A stretch of DNA of 32,000 bases from an uncultured Opitutales bacterium (GTDB taxonomy: Bacteria > Verrucomicrobiota > Verrucomicrobiia > Opitutales > UBA9783), in contig CAKUSQ010000001.1 of assembly GCA_934691225.1 (NCBI GenBank), positions 630,001 through 662,000 on the forward strand, in the 5' to 3' direction. Position 1 is the stretch's first letter, and every line of letters begins with the position of its first letter. Shown here in pieces: positions 15,630 to 26,442 of the stretch. The notes beneath the pieces are model-generated. The model was not told the DNA's origin and ran no database searches. It saw only the letters and a list, made by a program, of their open reading frames with translations. Both the position numbers and the translations under genes were made by a program.

Positions 15630-16475
15630 ATGCGAGTAAGCGAAGCCTTGGTATTGTTGGAGGGGTATCTCAAAAGGAAATCCATTGAAACGAGCAAGGT
15701 GGACGCTGAATTGCTGTTAGCTTCCGTTTTAGAATGCAAGCGACTTGAAGTTTTTTTAAACCATGATTGTATTTTGTCGGATTTACAATTAGAGCAGCTG
15801 AGAAAACTAAGTATTCGAAGAGGTCATCGGGAACCTTTGCAGTATATTTTAGGTGAGGTTGATTTTTATGGTCAATCATTAAAAGTGGATCCGCGTGTGC
15901 TTATTCCGCGACCAGAAACAGAAGAGCTTGTTTATCAGTTACATCAGTATTTACAGGATAAGCCACATAAATGGGGTCTAGATTTAGGTACTGGAAGTGG
16001 AGCTATTTCGATTGCATTGTTGGCATTGGAAGAAACTTTGAACATGGTTGCCGTTGATAATTCAACAAAAGCTTTAGAAGTAGCTTACGATAATGCAGTT
16101 GCTAATCGTGTTCAGCAACGATTAACGTTGATGTGTTCTTCATGGTTTGAAAAGTTGGGTGGTAAACATTTTGATTTTATTGTTTCTAATCCTCCTTATT
16201 TGTCCAAAGAAGAACTTGAAATTGCACAACCCGAAGTTAAAATGTATGAGCCAAGGACTGCATTGGTTGCGAAAGAAAATGGTATATCGGATTTGAAACA
16301 TATTTTGTGGGAAGCTAAACAGTATTTGAATCCTGGGGGTGTTGTTGTGCTTGAAACAGGTTTGAATCAGCATGAAACTTTAGCGGGTTGTGCTAAAAAT
16401 TGGGGTTACTGCGAAGTTAAATCAACGTTTGATTTATCGCATAGAAAACGGTTTTTTTGGGCATGGGTAGCGTAA
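15630..16475 (+). CDS. prmC: release-factor glutamine N5-methyltransferase (HemK/PrmC)
   Basis: REPLQYILGEVDFYG, the SAM-binding motif DLGTGSGAI, and the catalytic motif IVSNPPY. Confidence 0.93.
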   Translation: MRVSEALVLLEGYLKRKSIETSKVDAELLLASVLECKRLEVFLNHDCILSDLQLEQLRKLSIRRGHREPLQYILGEVDFYGQSLKVDPRVLIPRPETEELVYQLHQYLQDKPHKWGLDLGTGSGAISIALLALEETLNMVAVDNSTKALEVAYDNAVANRVQQRLTLMCSSWFEKLGGKHFDFIVSNPPYLSKEELEIAQPEVKMYEPRTALVAKENGISDLKHILWEAKQYLNPGGVVVLETGLNQHETLAGCAKNWGYCEVKSTFDLSHRKRFFWAWVA

Positions 16476-16478
16476 TTT

Positions 16479-17174
16479 ATGAAGCGAGTTTTATTGAAAT
16501 TAAGTGGTGAATTTTTGCAAGGAAATTCAGGGGTTTGGTCTGAAGATAAAGTTTTACCAATTGTGGATCAAATTAAGCGTCTGCAGTTGGAGGGAAATCA
16601 AATAGGCCTTGTGGTAGGTGGTGGAAATATTTTTAGAGGAGGTAAAAATCATTTTAATTTTGATCGTTATTCAGGGGATGCGATTGGAATGGCAGCTACT
16701 TGCGTAAATGCTTTGTTTTTGAAAGCGTGCCTTCAACAGGTTAAAGTGCCGGTTAAACTTTATGGGGCAAGTCTTACAGGTGGTTCTATTTTGCCTGACA
16801 ATGTAGAAGAAATTAGGCTGCAACTTTCACAAGGAAACATTGTTATTTTTTCAGGAGGAACAGGGCATGCTTACTTTTCAACCGATACTGCAGCTGCATT
16901 ACGTGCAATAGAAATTCAAGCAGACGTATTATTGAAGGCGACCAAGGTAGATGGGGTTTATGATCAAGATCCTTGTATATTTAAAGAGGCTAAAAAATTT
17001 GATACATTAACGTATGCGCAGGTGTGTGATGGAAAATTTGGTGTGATGGATGCGTGCGCTTTTGACTTGTGTCGAGAGCAAAAAATGCCTATTTTTATTT
17101 TTAATTTAAATGCAACAGATGCTATTTACAATGCAGTGCATGGTTCATTGGAAGGAACACTTATAAAGGATTGA
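16479..17174 (+). CDS. pyrH: UMP kinase
   Basis: RVLLKLSGE, VVGGGNIFRG, FSGGTGHAYFSTDTAAALRA, KATKVDGVYDQDP. Confidence 0.95.
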   Translation: MKRVLLKLSGEFLQGNSGVWSEDKVLPIVDQIKRLQLEGNQIGLVVGGGNIFRGGKNHFNFDRYSGDAIGMAATCVNALFLKACLQQVKVPVKLYGASLTGGSILPDNVEEIRLQLSQGNIVIFSGGTGHAYFSTDTAAALRAIEIQADVLLKATKVDGVYDQDPCIFKEAKKFDTLTYAQVCDGKFGVMDACAFDLCREQKMPIFIFNLNATDAIYNAVHGSLEGTLIKD

Positions 17175-17741
17175 ATGATGATAGATTTTAGTCGTTTTTT
17201 AAAACAAGTTGAAGGTAATATGCAAAAGTCGGTGGATCACACCGTTCATCAATTTGGGACTTTGCATACGGGTAAGGCTTCCCCGCAAATGCTTGAGAAC
17301 GTTACCATTGAAGTTTATGGTTCCAATATGCGTTTGAAGGATGTTGCTTCGATTACAACGCCGGATGCAAGAACTTTGCGGGTGCAGCCTTGGGATAGAT
17401 CGAATTTGAAGGCGATTGAAAAAGGTATTTTGTTAGCTAATCTTGGAATTAACGCAGCTATTTTTGGAGAGTTTGTTCATTGTCCATTGCCAGATTTGAG
17501 TCGAGAACGGCGTCAAGAATTAGCTAAGTTAGCGAGCGGAATGTCAGAGGAAGGCAAAGTTTCTGTACGAGGATGTCGGCGAGAAGCTATGGAAGTTCTG
17601 AAGAATGAAAAAAAAGCGGGTACTTGTTCAGAAGATGATGTTAAGAAACTTGAGAAAGAAATTCAAAAATTGACAGATAAATATATTGAAATGATAGAAA
17701 AAGTTTTAGAAGATAAAACAAAAGAATTAACAACTATATAA
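17175..17741 (+). CDS. frr: ribosome recycling factor
   Basis: LHTGKASPQMLENVTIEVYGS, LRVQPWD, PLPDLSRERRQELAK. Immediately follows pyrH, the conserved gene order. Confidence 0.95.
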   Translation: MMIDFSRFLKQVEGNMQKSVDHTVHQFGTLHTGKASPQMLENVTIEVYGSNMRLKDVASITTPDARTLRVQPWDRSNLKAIEKGILLANLGINAAIFGEFVHCPLPDLSRERRQELAKLASGMSEEGKVSVRGCRREAMEVLKNEKKAGTCSEDDVKKLEKEIQKLTDKYIEMIEKVLEDKTKELTTI

Positions 17742-17743
17742 AC

Positions 17744-17780
17744 AAAAGAGATGTTGTTACATCTCTTTTGGCTTTTTTTT
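17744..17780. terminator. bidirectional rho-independent terminator between the convergent frr and 17779..18429 genes
   Basis: 11-bp stem AAAAGAGATGT / ACATCTCTTTT (17744-17754 / 17759-17769) with loop TGTT. Followed by ggctttttttt on the plus strand and preceded by an A-rich run that serves the minus strand. Confidence 0.8.
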
Positions 17781-18429
17781 AATTCTTTAATGATCGATTC
17801 TCATATTTCTGAATTACCTGCTCGCTCATTTGATCATTAAGTTTTATAAGAAATTCTTCGTGTAACTGTTCTATTTCCTTTTTTAAGTTAGACAGTTCAT
17901 CTTTTAATGTCTGATTATTTGTTGAATCAATGGTAGTTGTAAGGCATGATAGGAGTTCTTCTGTTTTTTGGTCAATATCGCTGTGTTTTAAGATTTGTAT
18001 TATTTGGTCCAAAGATAAATGTTTTACATTAGCAATGTTTAGGTGGCTTCTTAATTCTTCAAGTCCTTTTTTTAACTCAGAAATCCCTTGATCTTGGGGG
18101 TTTGAAGGAGTTGTTTGAAGTGAGTTTAAAGGTGTTTGTTTTTGAACGTTTTCTTGAAGGGTTGTTGATGTATTAGAAAATAGATTTTTTAGTTTAGTTA
18201 TGATGTCATTAATGAGACTTTTTAAATGAGATAAAAGATTATTTTTAGTGACTGTTCGTTTGGTTTCCACATTTTGTTCGGTATTCATACTGTGTGCATT
18301 ACTGTTAGCAGTATTTCCATTAACAACAACAGTATCTTGCAATAGAGTTGTTTGTGAATTTGTTCCAGTTGATTGTACTGGATTTTGTATCGATTGAATG
18401 CTTGAGTTATTATCAATATTTAGTGACAT
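17779..18429 (-). CDS. hypothetical protein: polar S/T/N/Q-rich N-terminal half, helical/coiled-coil C-terminal half (T3S-substrate candidate)
   Basis: 216 aa, with no signal peptide or TM segment. N-terminus MSLNIDNNSSIQSIQNPVQSTGTNSQ. C-terminal heptad-like segment LKDELSNLKKEIEQLHEEFLIKLNDQ. Its own terminator lies downstream. Confidence 0.6.
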   Translation of the reverse strand: MSLNIDNNSSIQSIQNPVQSTGTNSQTTLLQDTVVVNGNTANSNAHSMNTEQNVETKRTVTKNNLLSHLKSLINDIITKLKNLFSNTSTTLQENVQKQTPLNSLQTTPSNPQDQGISELKKGLEELRSHLNIANVKHLSLDQIIQILKHSDIDQKTEELLSCLTTTIDSTNNQTLKDELSNLKKEIEQLHEEFLIKLNDQMSEQVIQKYENRSLKN

Positions 18430-18506
18430 AATTATAAGTTGTTTATTTTAAAAATCGGGTTTTAAATTAAAAGATTAAGTGTTTTTTAAAAATTTTTAAA
18501 CTTTCC

Positions 18507-21084
<2,578 letters not shown>

Positions 21085-21089
21085 TAATC

Positions 21090-23513
21090 ATGTACGCAGA
21101 AAAAGAATTTTTAATAGACACAAATGTCGATGAAATCATGAAATCGGCTTACATCGATTATTCGATGTCTGTCATTGTCAGTCGAGCCTTACCAGATGCA
21201 CGTGATGGATTTAAACCGGTACATCGGCGCATTTTATACGCAATGTTTCGAGAGGGATTGTTGCACAATAGGCCTTTTGATAAATGTGCGGGTGTTGTTG
21301 GAGAAGTTTTGAAGAATTATCATCCGCATGGAGATAGTTCTGTGTACGATGCATTGGTTCGATTAGCGCAGGATTGGGTGATGCGTTACCCATTAGTAGA
21401 TCCACAGGGTAATTTTGGTTCGATTGATGGTGATTCTGCAGCTGCTTATCGTTATACAGAATGCCGTTTGAAGGATATCGCTGAGGAATTGCTCAAAGAT
21501 ATTGACGAAGACACGGTTGATTTTGTTCCTAATTATAAGGAAAGCACGACGGAACCAACGGTTTTGCCAGCGGCATTGCCTAATTTGTTGTTGAATGGTT
21601 CTACAGGTATAGCCGTAGGTATGACAACGAATATACCTCCGCACAATTTACGCGAACTAATAGATGCTTTGATTTTGTTAGCAGATAATCAAGAGGCAAC
21701 GATTGATGATTTGATGAAGGTTATCAAGGGACCGGATTTTCCTACAGGGGGAACCGTTGTAGGGTTGGAAGGTATTTCTAATTATCTTAAAACGGGTCGT
21801 GGAATTATTCATGTTCGTGGTGAGGCTCATACGGAAGATTTGGGGAATGGTAAAGAACAAATTATAATTACTGAAATTCCTTACAATGTAAATCGTGCGA
21901 ATTTGGTAACGAAAATAGCCGAATTGGTGCACCAGAAAATTTTAACTGAAATCAGCGATTTACGCGATGAATCAGATGAAAATACGCGTATTGTTGTTGA
22001 GTTAAAACGCGGTGAGGTTCCACGTGTCGTTTTGAATAAGCTTTTTAAAATGACGCCCTTGGAGTCTTCGTTTGGTGTGATCTTGTTGGCGTTGGATCAG
22101 CAGCGGCCGAAGCAGATGAACATCAAAGAGATGTTAGAGTGTTATCTTGAGCATCGTCGAGAAGTTGTTTCACGTCGGACAAGTTTTCGATTGAGAAAAG
22201 CGGAAGAACGTTTGCATATCTTGGAAGGATACAAGGTAGCTTTGGATCATTTGGATGATTTTGTGAAAATTATTCGGGAATCCAATTCTAAAGATGAAGC
22301 GCGTGTGGCTTTAGTATCTAAATATCAGCTTTCCGATGTGCAAGCAGATGCTATTTTAGATTTGCGCTTGTACCAACTAACGGAGATGGAGCGTGACAAA
22401 ATCGACGCAGAGTATTTGAATTTATTGAAGGTAGCAGAGGAATTGCGTCTGATCTTAGCAAGTGATGCTAAATTATTGTCGGTTTTGAAGGAAGAATTTC
22501 TTAAAGAGCGTGAAAAATATGGAAACGATCGCAAGACGCGCATTATTCCAGCAGAATCAGAATTTAGGTTAGAAGATGTTATTGCCAATGTAGGTTGTAG
22601 CATTACCATTTCTCATAATGGTTTTATCAAGCGTACCGACATCAGCTCATTTCGTTCGCAAAAACGTGGAGGTAAAGGAGTTATCGGTGCAGGTCAGTAC
22701 GAAGAAGACTTTATTGAGCATTCGTTCACAGCAAGTACGCACGATTACATCCTTTTTGTGATGCAAAATGGCCGTTTATACGTGAAAAAAGTTTACGAAA
22801 TTCCAGAAGGATCAAGGACGTCCAAGGGGCGCGCTTTGATCAATGTGTTGAATTTACAAGAAGGTGAGAAGATCGCTGCAATGATGTGTTTTAAAAATTT
22901 TAGCGATGATTGCTCACTTGTTATGGCTACACGCAATGGTATTATTAAAAAATCTGCGCTTTCTGCCTATAAAAATTGTCGTGCAGGCGGTTTGATTGGT
23001 ATGAATGTGGATGAGGGTGATATCATTATCGGTGCTGAATTGACGAAGGGTAACGATGATTTGATTTTGATTACGTATCAAGGAATGTCGATTCGTTTTT
23101 CTGAAGAAGATTGTCGAGAACAAGGCCGTGCAACACGTGGTGTTAAAGGCATAAAGCTACGAACAGGTGATTTTGTAAAAGCTTTGATTGTGGTAGATGA
23201 TCGTCGGACGTTATTGATTGCTGGTATTAAAGGGCAGGGTAAACGATCGGAATTTTCTGAATATCGATCACAAAAGCGAAGTGGTTCTGGAATCATTGCT
23301 ATAAAAACGCATGGAGTTGCAGGTGCCATTACCGTTAGTGATGAAGATGAAATGATGTTGTTTACAAAATCAGGACAATCCGTGCGTTGTCCCGTTAAAG
23401 ATGTACGCGTTATTGGTAGAACAACGATGGGTGTTCGTCTTATCAATTTGGCGGATGAGGATGAATTGGTAGCCATTTGTAAAGTTGTTGAAACTGATCA
23501 CGAAGAAGCTTAA
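21090..23513 (+). CDS. gyrA: DNA gyrase subunit A
   Basis: YIDYSMSVIVSRALPDARDGFKPVHRRILYAM. The QRDR reads HPHGDSSVYDAL (Ser and Asp at the E. coli 83/87 equivalents). Active-site region AAAYRYTECRL. C-terminal beta-pinwheel repeats. Confidence 0.98.
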   Translation: MYAEKEFLIDTNVDEIMKSAYIDYSMSVIVSRALPDARDGFKPVHRRILYAMFREGLLHNRPFDKCAGVVGEVLKNYHPHGDSSVYDALVRLAQDWVMRYPLVDPQGNFGSIDGDSAAAYRYTECRLKDIAEELLKDIDEDTVDFVPNYKESTTEPTVLPAALPNLLLNGSTGIAVGMTTNIPPHNLRELIDALILLADNQEATIDDLMKVIKGPDFPTGGTVVGLEGISNYLKTGRGIIHVRGEAHTEDLGNGKEQIIITEIPYNVNRANLVTKIAELVHQKILTEISDLRDESDENTRIVVELKRGEVPRVVLNKLFKMTPLESSFGVILLALDQQRPKQMNIKEMLECYLEHRREVVSRRTSFRLRKAEERLHILEGYKVALDHLDDFVKIIRESNSKDEARVALVSKYQLSDVQADAILDLRLYQLTEMERDKIDAEYLNLLKVAEELRLILASDAKLLSVLKEEFLKEREKYGNDRKTRIIPAESEFRLEDVIANVGCSITISHNGFIKRTDISSFRSQKRGGKGVIGAGQYEEDFIEHSFTASTHDYILFVMQNGRLYVKKVYEIPEGSRTSKGRALINVLNLQEGEKIAAMMCFKNFSDDCSLVMATRNGIIKKSALSAYKNCRAGGLIGMNVDEGDIIIGAELTKGNDDLILITYQGMSIRFSEEDCREQGRATRGVKGIKLRTGDFVKALIVVDDRRTLLIAGIKGQGKRSEFSEYRSQKRSGSGIIAIKTHGVAGAITVSDEDEMMLFTKSGQSVRCPVKDVRVIGRTTMGVRLINLADEDELVAICKVVETDHEEA

Positions 23514-23567
23514 TAAGCTTTGTGTACAGCTGTTGTTGTAATTTTTTTCAAGCAACATTTTTTGGAG

Positions 23568-23596
23568 TTGCTCTGGTGTTTGTTTTTGAGTAAAAT
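23568..23596 (+). promoter_or_regulatory. candidate promoter TTGCTC-N17-TAAAAT, with the -10 ending 6 nt before ATG 23603 (leaderless-type geometry)
   Basis: Read directly: TTGCTC (23568-23573), 17-nt spacer tggtgtttgtttttgag, TAAAAT (23591-23596), aaaacc, ATG. Confidence 0.45.
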
Positions 23597-23602
23597 AAAA
23601 CC

Positions 23603-25732
23603 ATGAGTAGTTCTTCAATCCAACACAATCCAAGTGTAGTTTCTTCATATTCGGTAGGTGATAACGTAACTGGAAATGACACGTTAAATGTTACCCAATC
23701 GACTTTACCTAAAGTACAATCTTTAGCAAGTGACGTTCAAAGTAACGCAAGTGCCAATTTGCAAGTCACTGAGCCAACATTAAAAGTAGATAATAAGACG
23801 ATCAACAAACCTTTACCGGATGTAACTCCGAATGTGCTTCAAAAAAATTCGGAGTTGGTAGGTACAAATATACAACAATCAACAATAGAAAATAGTAAAC
23901 ATCCGCATCTTGGCGAGGAGTTCACAGATCCTATATCACAAATGTTTACAGAAAAACCTTCAAGTCAAGAAGCTGGGCAAGCAATGTTTAATGCTTTGAA
24001 GGAGAGAGGGATTATTAATGCAAATGGAGAATTGAATTATGAAGCTCTAGGTGTTGCGAAAAACGCCAAGGCAGCTCATATGAAGGGGAAGGTTTTTGTT
24101 ACAGAAAATGGTTTTGACTTTAACATTCGAGGTCGCTGTGGAAATGATGCTGTAGAAGTTATGACAGCATTTAAAGAAGCTTTGGAAAAAATTCAACAGG
24201 AAAATCCTGAACAAATGAAGGATATAAATATATCGATTGAACCCAATGCAGTCGCAACACCCTCGGAAACAGATTTGCAAGTTTTAGGCCGTGGTGGTCA
24301 GATTCAATATAAACCTTTGCCGGATGGACAAGTGATTAAGATGGTATTGGATCCTGGTGAAAATGGGGAAGAGGATGGATTATCGGTTTCTGTTTATGAT
24401 AAGGGTATGAAGAACGAGAACGTGAAGACCATAAAGGTTCCCTTAAAGGTAGTGTTTGAAGGAGGCGAGTATGGAGATGATAAAACAAGGGCTTTGAAAG
24501 ATAATAATCAAGCTTTGTTACCCAATTGGAGAAATCAAAGGTTATTTGAAAATTCTTCTATTCAAAAAGAATATACTGCATTTATACCAGGGGTTCATCA
24601 TTTGTCGAGAAAAGACAAGGATAATACAGGTGATGTTAATCGTATACAAGCACAAAATCAGCTGTGGAATGCCGTGTATGAATATTTGAAAATTAAAGTA
24701 GATAGTAAAGATAACGAGTTTATTGTAAACAATAAGAAGATTAACGAAAATGCTGAAAAGAAAGATCAAGCTATTCAACAACCTAATGTTAACGAAACAG
24801 ACGGTAAGCAAAATACAAGCGACGTGAAATTAGAAACTGCTACTAAAGTGCCTGCGCCAGAAAAAGGAACTATTGAAACTGGAAATGTAAGTGATAAAAA
24901 AGGCCCAAGAGTTACAGTGAAAGTTACTAAAAAGACTAAAGATAGTCACAATCGTAGGTCACTGCTAGATGCAGCAAAAAAGCTTAGTGATACTTTTGCA
25001 AGTATAATGGATTCTTGTTCACCAGATGAAAAGAAGCGTTTAGATCCTATTGCCTCTGAATTGAAGGAAGCATCACAGAAAGGTTTGGATACAATTGATG
25101 AAGCGGAGCATTTAAATTCTATTCTCGCTGAATTGAAAGAGGAAATATTACCAAAAGACGAGTTAGATTTTGATCCGATTGATGAAACTGAGCACATAGA
25201 ATCATCAAAAGATAAAGTAATTGTGTCAGAAAAGGCAACGGTTGAGACTGAAAATGTAAAATCTGCACGAGACAGAATAGTTGTACAGAGAGCCGTTAGA
25301 AGGACTACAAATAGACACAATCTTAGGATGGATCTGTTAAATAAAGTGAAAGAAATGGGTAATACTTTAGCAACTGCAATGGAAGAAATGAATCGTTTAG
25401 ATCATCCTATCGTAAACGAAGAATCATTAAGAGAGAGATTACGAGAAATCGGAACAACGTTTATGCGGTCGGTAAATGATGAAACTAAAAGCAGATGGAT
25501 AGATGAAGAAATCGCTAAAGATATAGGAAATTTTAAGCAAATTATAGACAAGTATGCAGATAATTACATGAAAAATGTAGAGATAATGCAATCACTGAAT
25601 CACTTAAAACTTAAGTTTGATAATGATTTGGGAAGTATAAGGAATAAGCGTATTACAGACAATGAACTTAATTTTATGAGGCAAATTACTGAAAGTTTTA
25701 ATAATTTTGAAGCTGTGAGAGATAAAGCTTAA
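23603..25732 (+). CDS. large hypothetical protein (T3S-substrate candidate) with an internal duplicated module
   Basis: 709 aa, with no signal peptide or TM segment. The first ~100 aa are polar (MSSSSIQHNPSVVSSYSVGDNVTGN...). A central globular region has no motif I recognise. The C-terminal part is K/E-rich and helical, with two related modules. Confidence 0.7.
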   Translation: MSSSSIQHNPSVVSSYSVGDNVTGNDTLNVTQSTLPKVQSLASDVQSNASANLQVTEPTLKVDNKTINKPLPDVTPNVLQKNSELVGTNIQQSTIENSKHPHLGEEFTDPISQMFTEKPSSQEAGQAMFNALKERGIINANGELNYEALGVAKNAKAAHMKGKVFVTENGFDFNIRGRCGNDAVEVMTAFKEALEKIQQENPEQMKDINISIEPNAVATPSETDLQVLGRGGQIQYKPLPDGQVIKMVLDPGENGEEDGLSVSVYDKGMKNENVKTIKVPLKVVFEGGEYGDDKTRALKDNNQALLPNWRNQRLFENSSIQKEYTAFIPGVHHLSRKDKDNTGDVNRIQAQNQLWNAVYEYLKIKVDSKDNEFIVNNKKINENAEKKDQAIQQPNVNETDGKQNTSDVKLETATKVPAPEKGTIETGNVSDKKGPRVTVKVTKKTKDSHNRRSLLDAAKKLSDTFASIMDSCSPDEKKRLDPIASELKEASQKGLDTIDEAEHLNSILAELKEEILPKDELDFDPIDETEHIESSKDKVIVSEKATVETENVKSARDRIVVQRAVRRTTNRHNLRMDLLNKVKEMGNTLATAMEEMNRLDHPIVNEESLRERLREIGTTFMRSVNDETKSRWIDEEIAKDIGNFKQIIDKYADNYMKNVEIMQSLNHLKLKFDNDLGSIRNKRITDNELNFMRQITESFNNFEAVRDKA
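24863..25387 (+). repeat. divergent intragenic tandem duplication, period 369 nt (123 aa)
   Basis: KGTIETGNVSDKKGPRVTVKVTKKTKDSHNRRSLLDAAKKLSDTFASIMDS (from 24863) aligns with KATVETENVKSARDRIVVQRAVRRTTNRHNLRMDLLNKVKEMGNTLATAMEE (from 25232). By hand alignment, roughly a third of positions are identical and many K/R exchanges are conservative. Confidence 0.6.
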
Positions 25733-26442
25733 GTACAAGGAAATGCACAATGATATAAATCTTCTTTAGGATCAATGCAGATCTCTTCGACAGAATGGTC
25801 TATTGCATCGAATTGTACATGAGGGGCATGCGTTAAAATCGCTAAAGGTGTACATTCGTTGCTTTCACCCATATTGAGAACTGCACTGATAGCCAATGCA
25901 TCAGCCACATTGATGTAAGTTACTTGCAAGGGATGTCCAAATAGGTCAAGTTCACCTACGCAACTTTTCACAGGGCAGAACCCCCACCAAGCCAATGCAA
26001 TTCCTGTAACACCTTTTCGTAAGGGTGTTGTGTGGCTGTCTGTCATTATGATGCCCAGATTTTTGATCTGATATTCTTGACGTAAAAAGTTCCATAGCTT
26101 TTTTACCGATGCAAATGGATCTTTGGGATAAAGAATATAGCAACCGTTACCATTGGATTCATCAATGCCTGCAGATGGAATAAGTATGTGGTTTTTGTAC
26201 GTTAAAATAATTCGCTGATTGTTGGATTGTGGATTGGGAATTAAAAAATCAGCTTCACGCTTCACAAGCGTTTCTCGATCAATGGCTTCCTTAGAGATGC
26301 ATCTTCCTTCGCAGATACTTACTACTTTGGAAGTTATGGCAATAATGGTATTTTCTTCCAGTTTAGGAAGAAATTGCTTCACATAAGTTTCTAAACTTTG
26401 TGGCTTAATAATCGGGACTGTTTTAATCGTTTGAATTTCCAT
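25729..26442 (-). CDS. CofE-like (F420-0:gamma-glutamyl ligase family) protein; by context the chlamydial-type alternative folylpolyglutamate synthase 'FolC2'
   Basis: 237 aa. Family pattern IIAITSKVVSICEGR, IPSAGIDESNGNG, GIIMTDSHTTPLRKGVTGIALAWWGF. Overlaps the folKP 3' end by 20 nt. The same folKP-adjacent context is known for the Chlamydia COG1478 gene. Confidence 0.75.
   Translation of the reverse strand: MEIQTIKTVPIIKPQSLETYVKQFLPKLEENTIIAITSKVVSICEGRCISKEAIDRETLVKREADFLIPNPQSNNQRIILTYKNHILIPSAGIDESNGNGCYILYPKDPFASVKKLWNFLRQEYQIKNLGIIMTDSHTTPLRKGVTGIALAWWGFCPVKSCVGELDLFGHPLQVTYINVADALAISAVLNMGESNECTPLAILTHAPHVQFDAIDHSVEEICIDPKEDLYHCAFPCT

Noticed and set aside
15518-16373. Minus-strand ORFs 15518..15739, 15670..15879 and 16140..16373
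   Set aside because: They are antisense to the rpmB 3' end and to prmC.
18431-18436. Perfect TATAAT on the minus strand, 1 nt upstream of the ATG of the 216-aa gene
   Set aside because: It is too close to the start codon to drive that ORF. The region is AT-rich, so chance occurrence is likely.
21211-23648. Seven minus-strand ORFs (64-132 aa) across gyrA and the gyrA-downstream spacer
   Set aside because: They are antisense to gyrA. The 92-aa ORF 23370..23648 also crosses the candidate promoter and start of the 709-aa gene.
24047-25320. Minus-strand ORFs 24047..24280, 24542..24811 and 24946..25320
   Set aside because: They are antisense within the 709-aa ORF, and the plus-strand frame is far longer.
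25952-26143. 63-aa minus-strand ORF
   Set aside because: It is an alternative frame inside the CofE-like gene.
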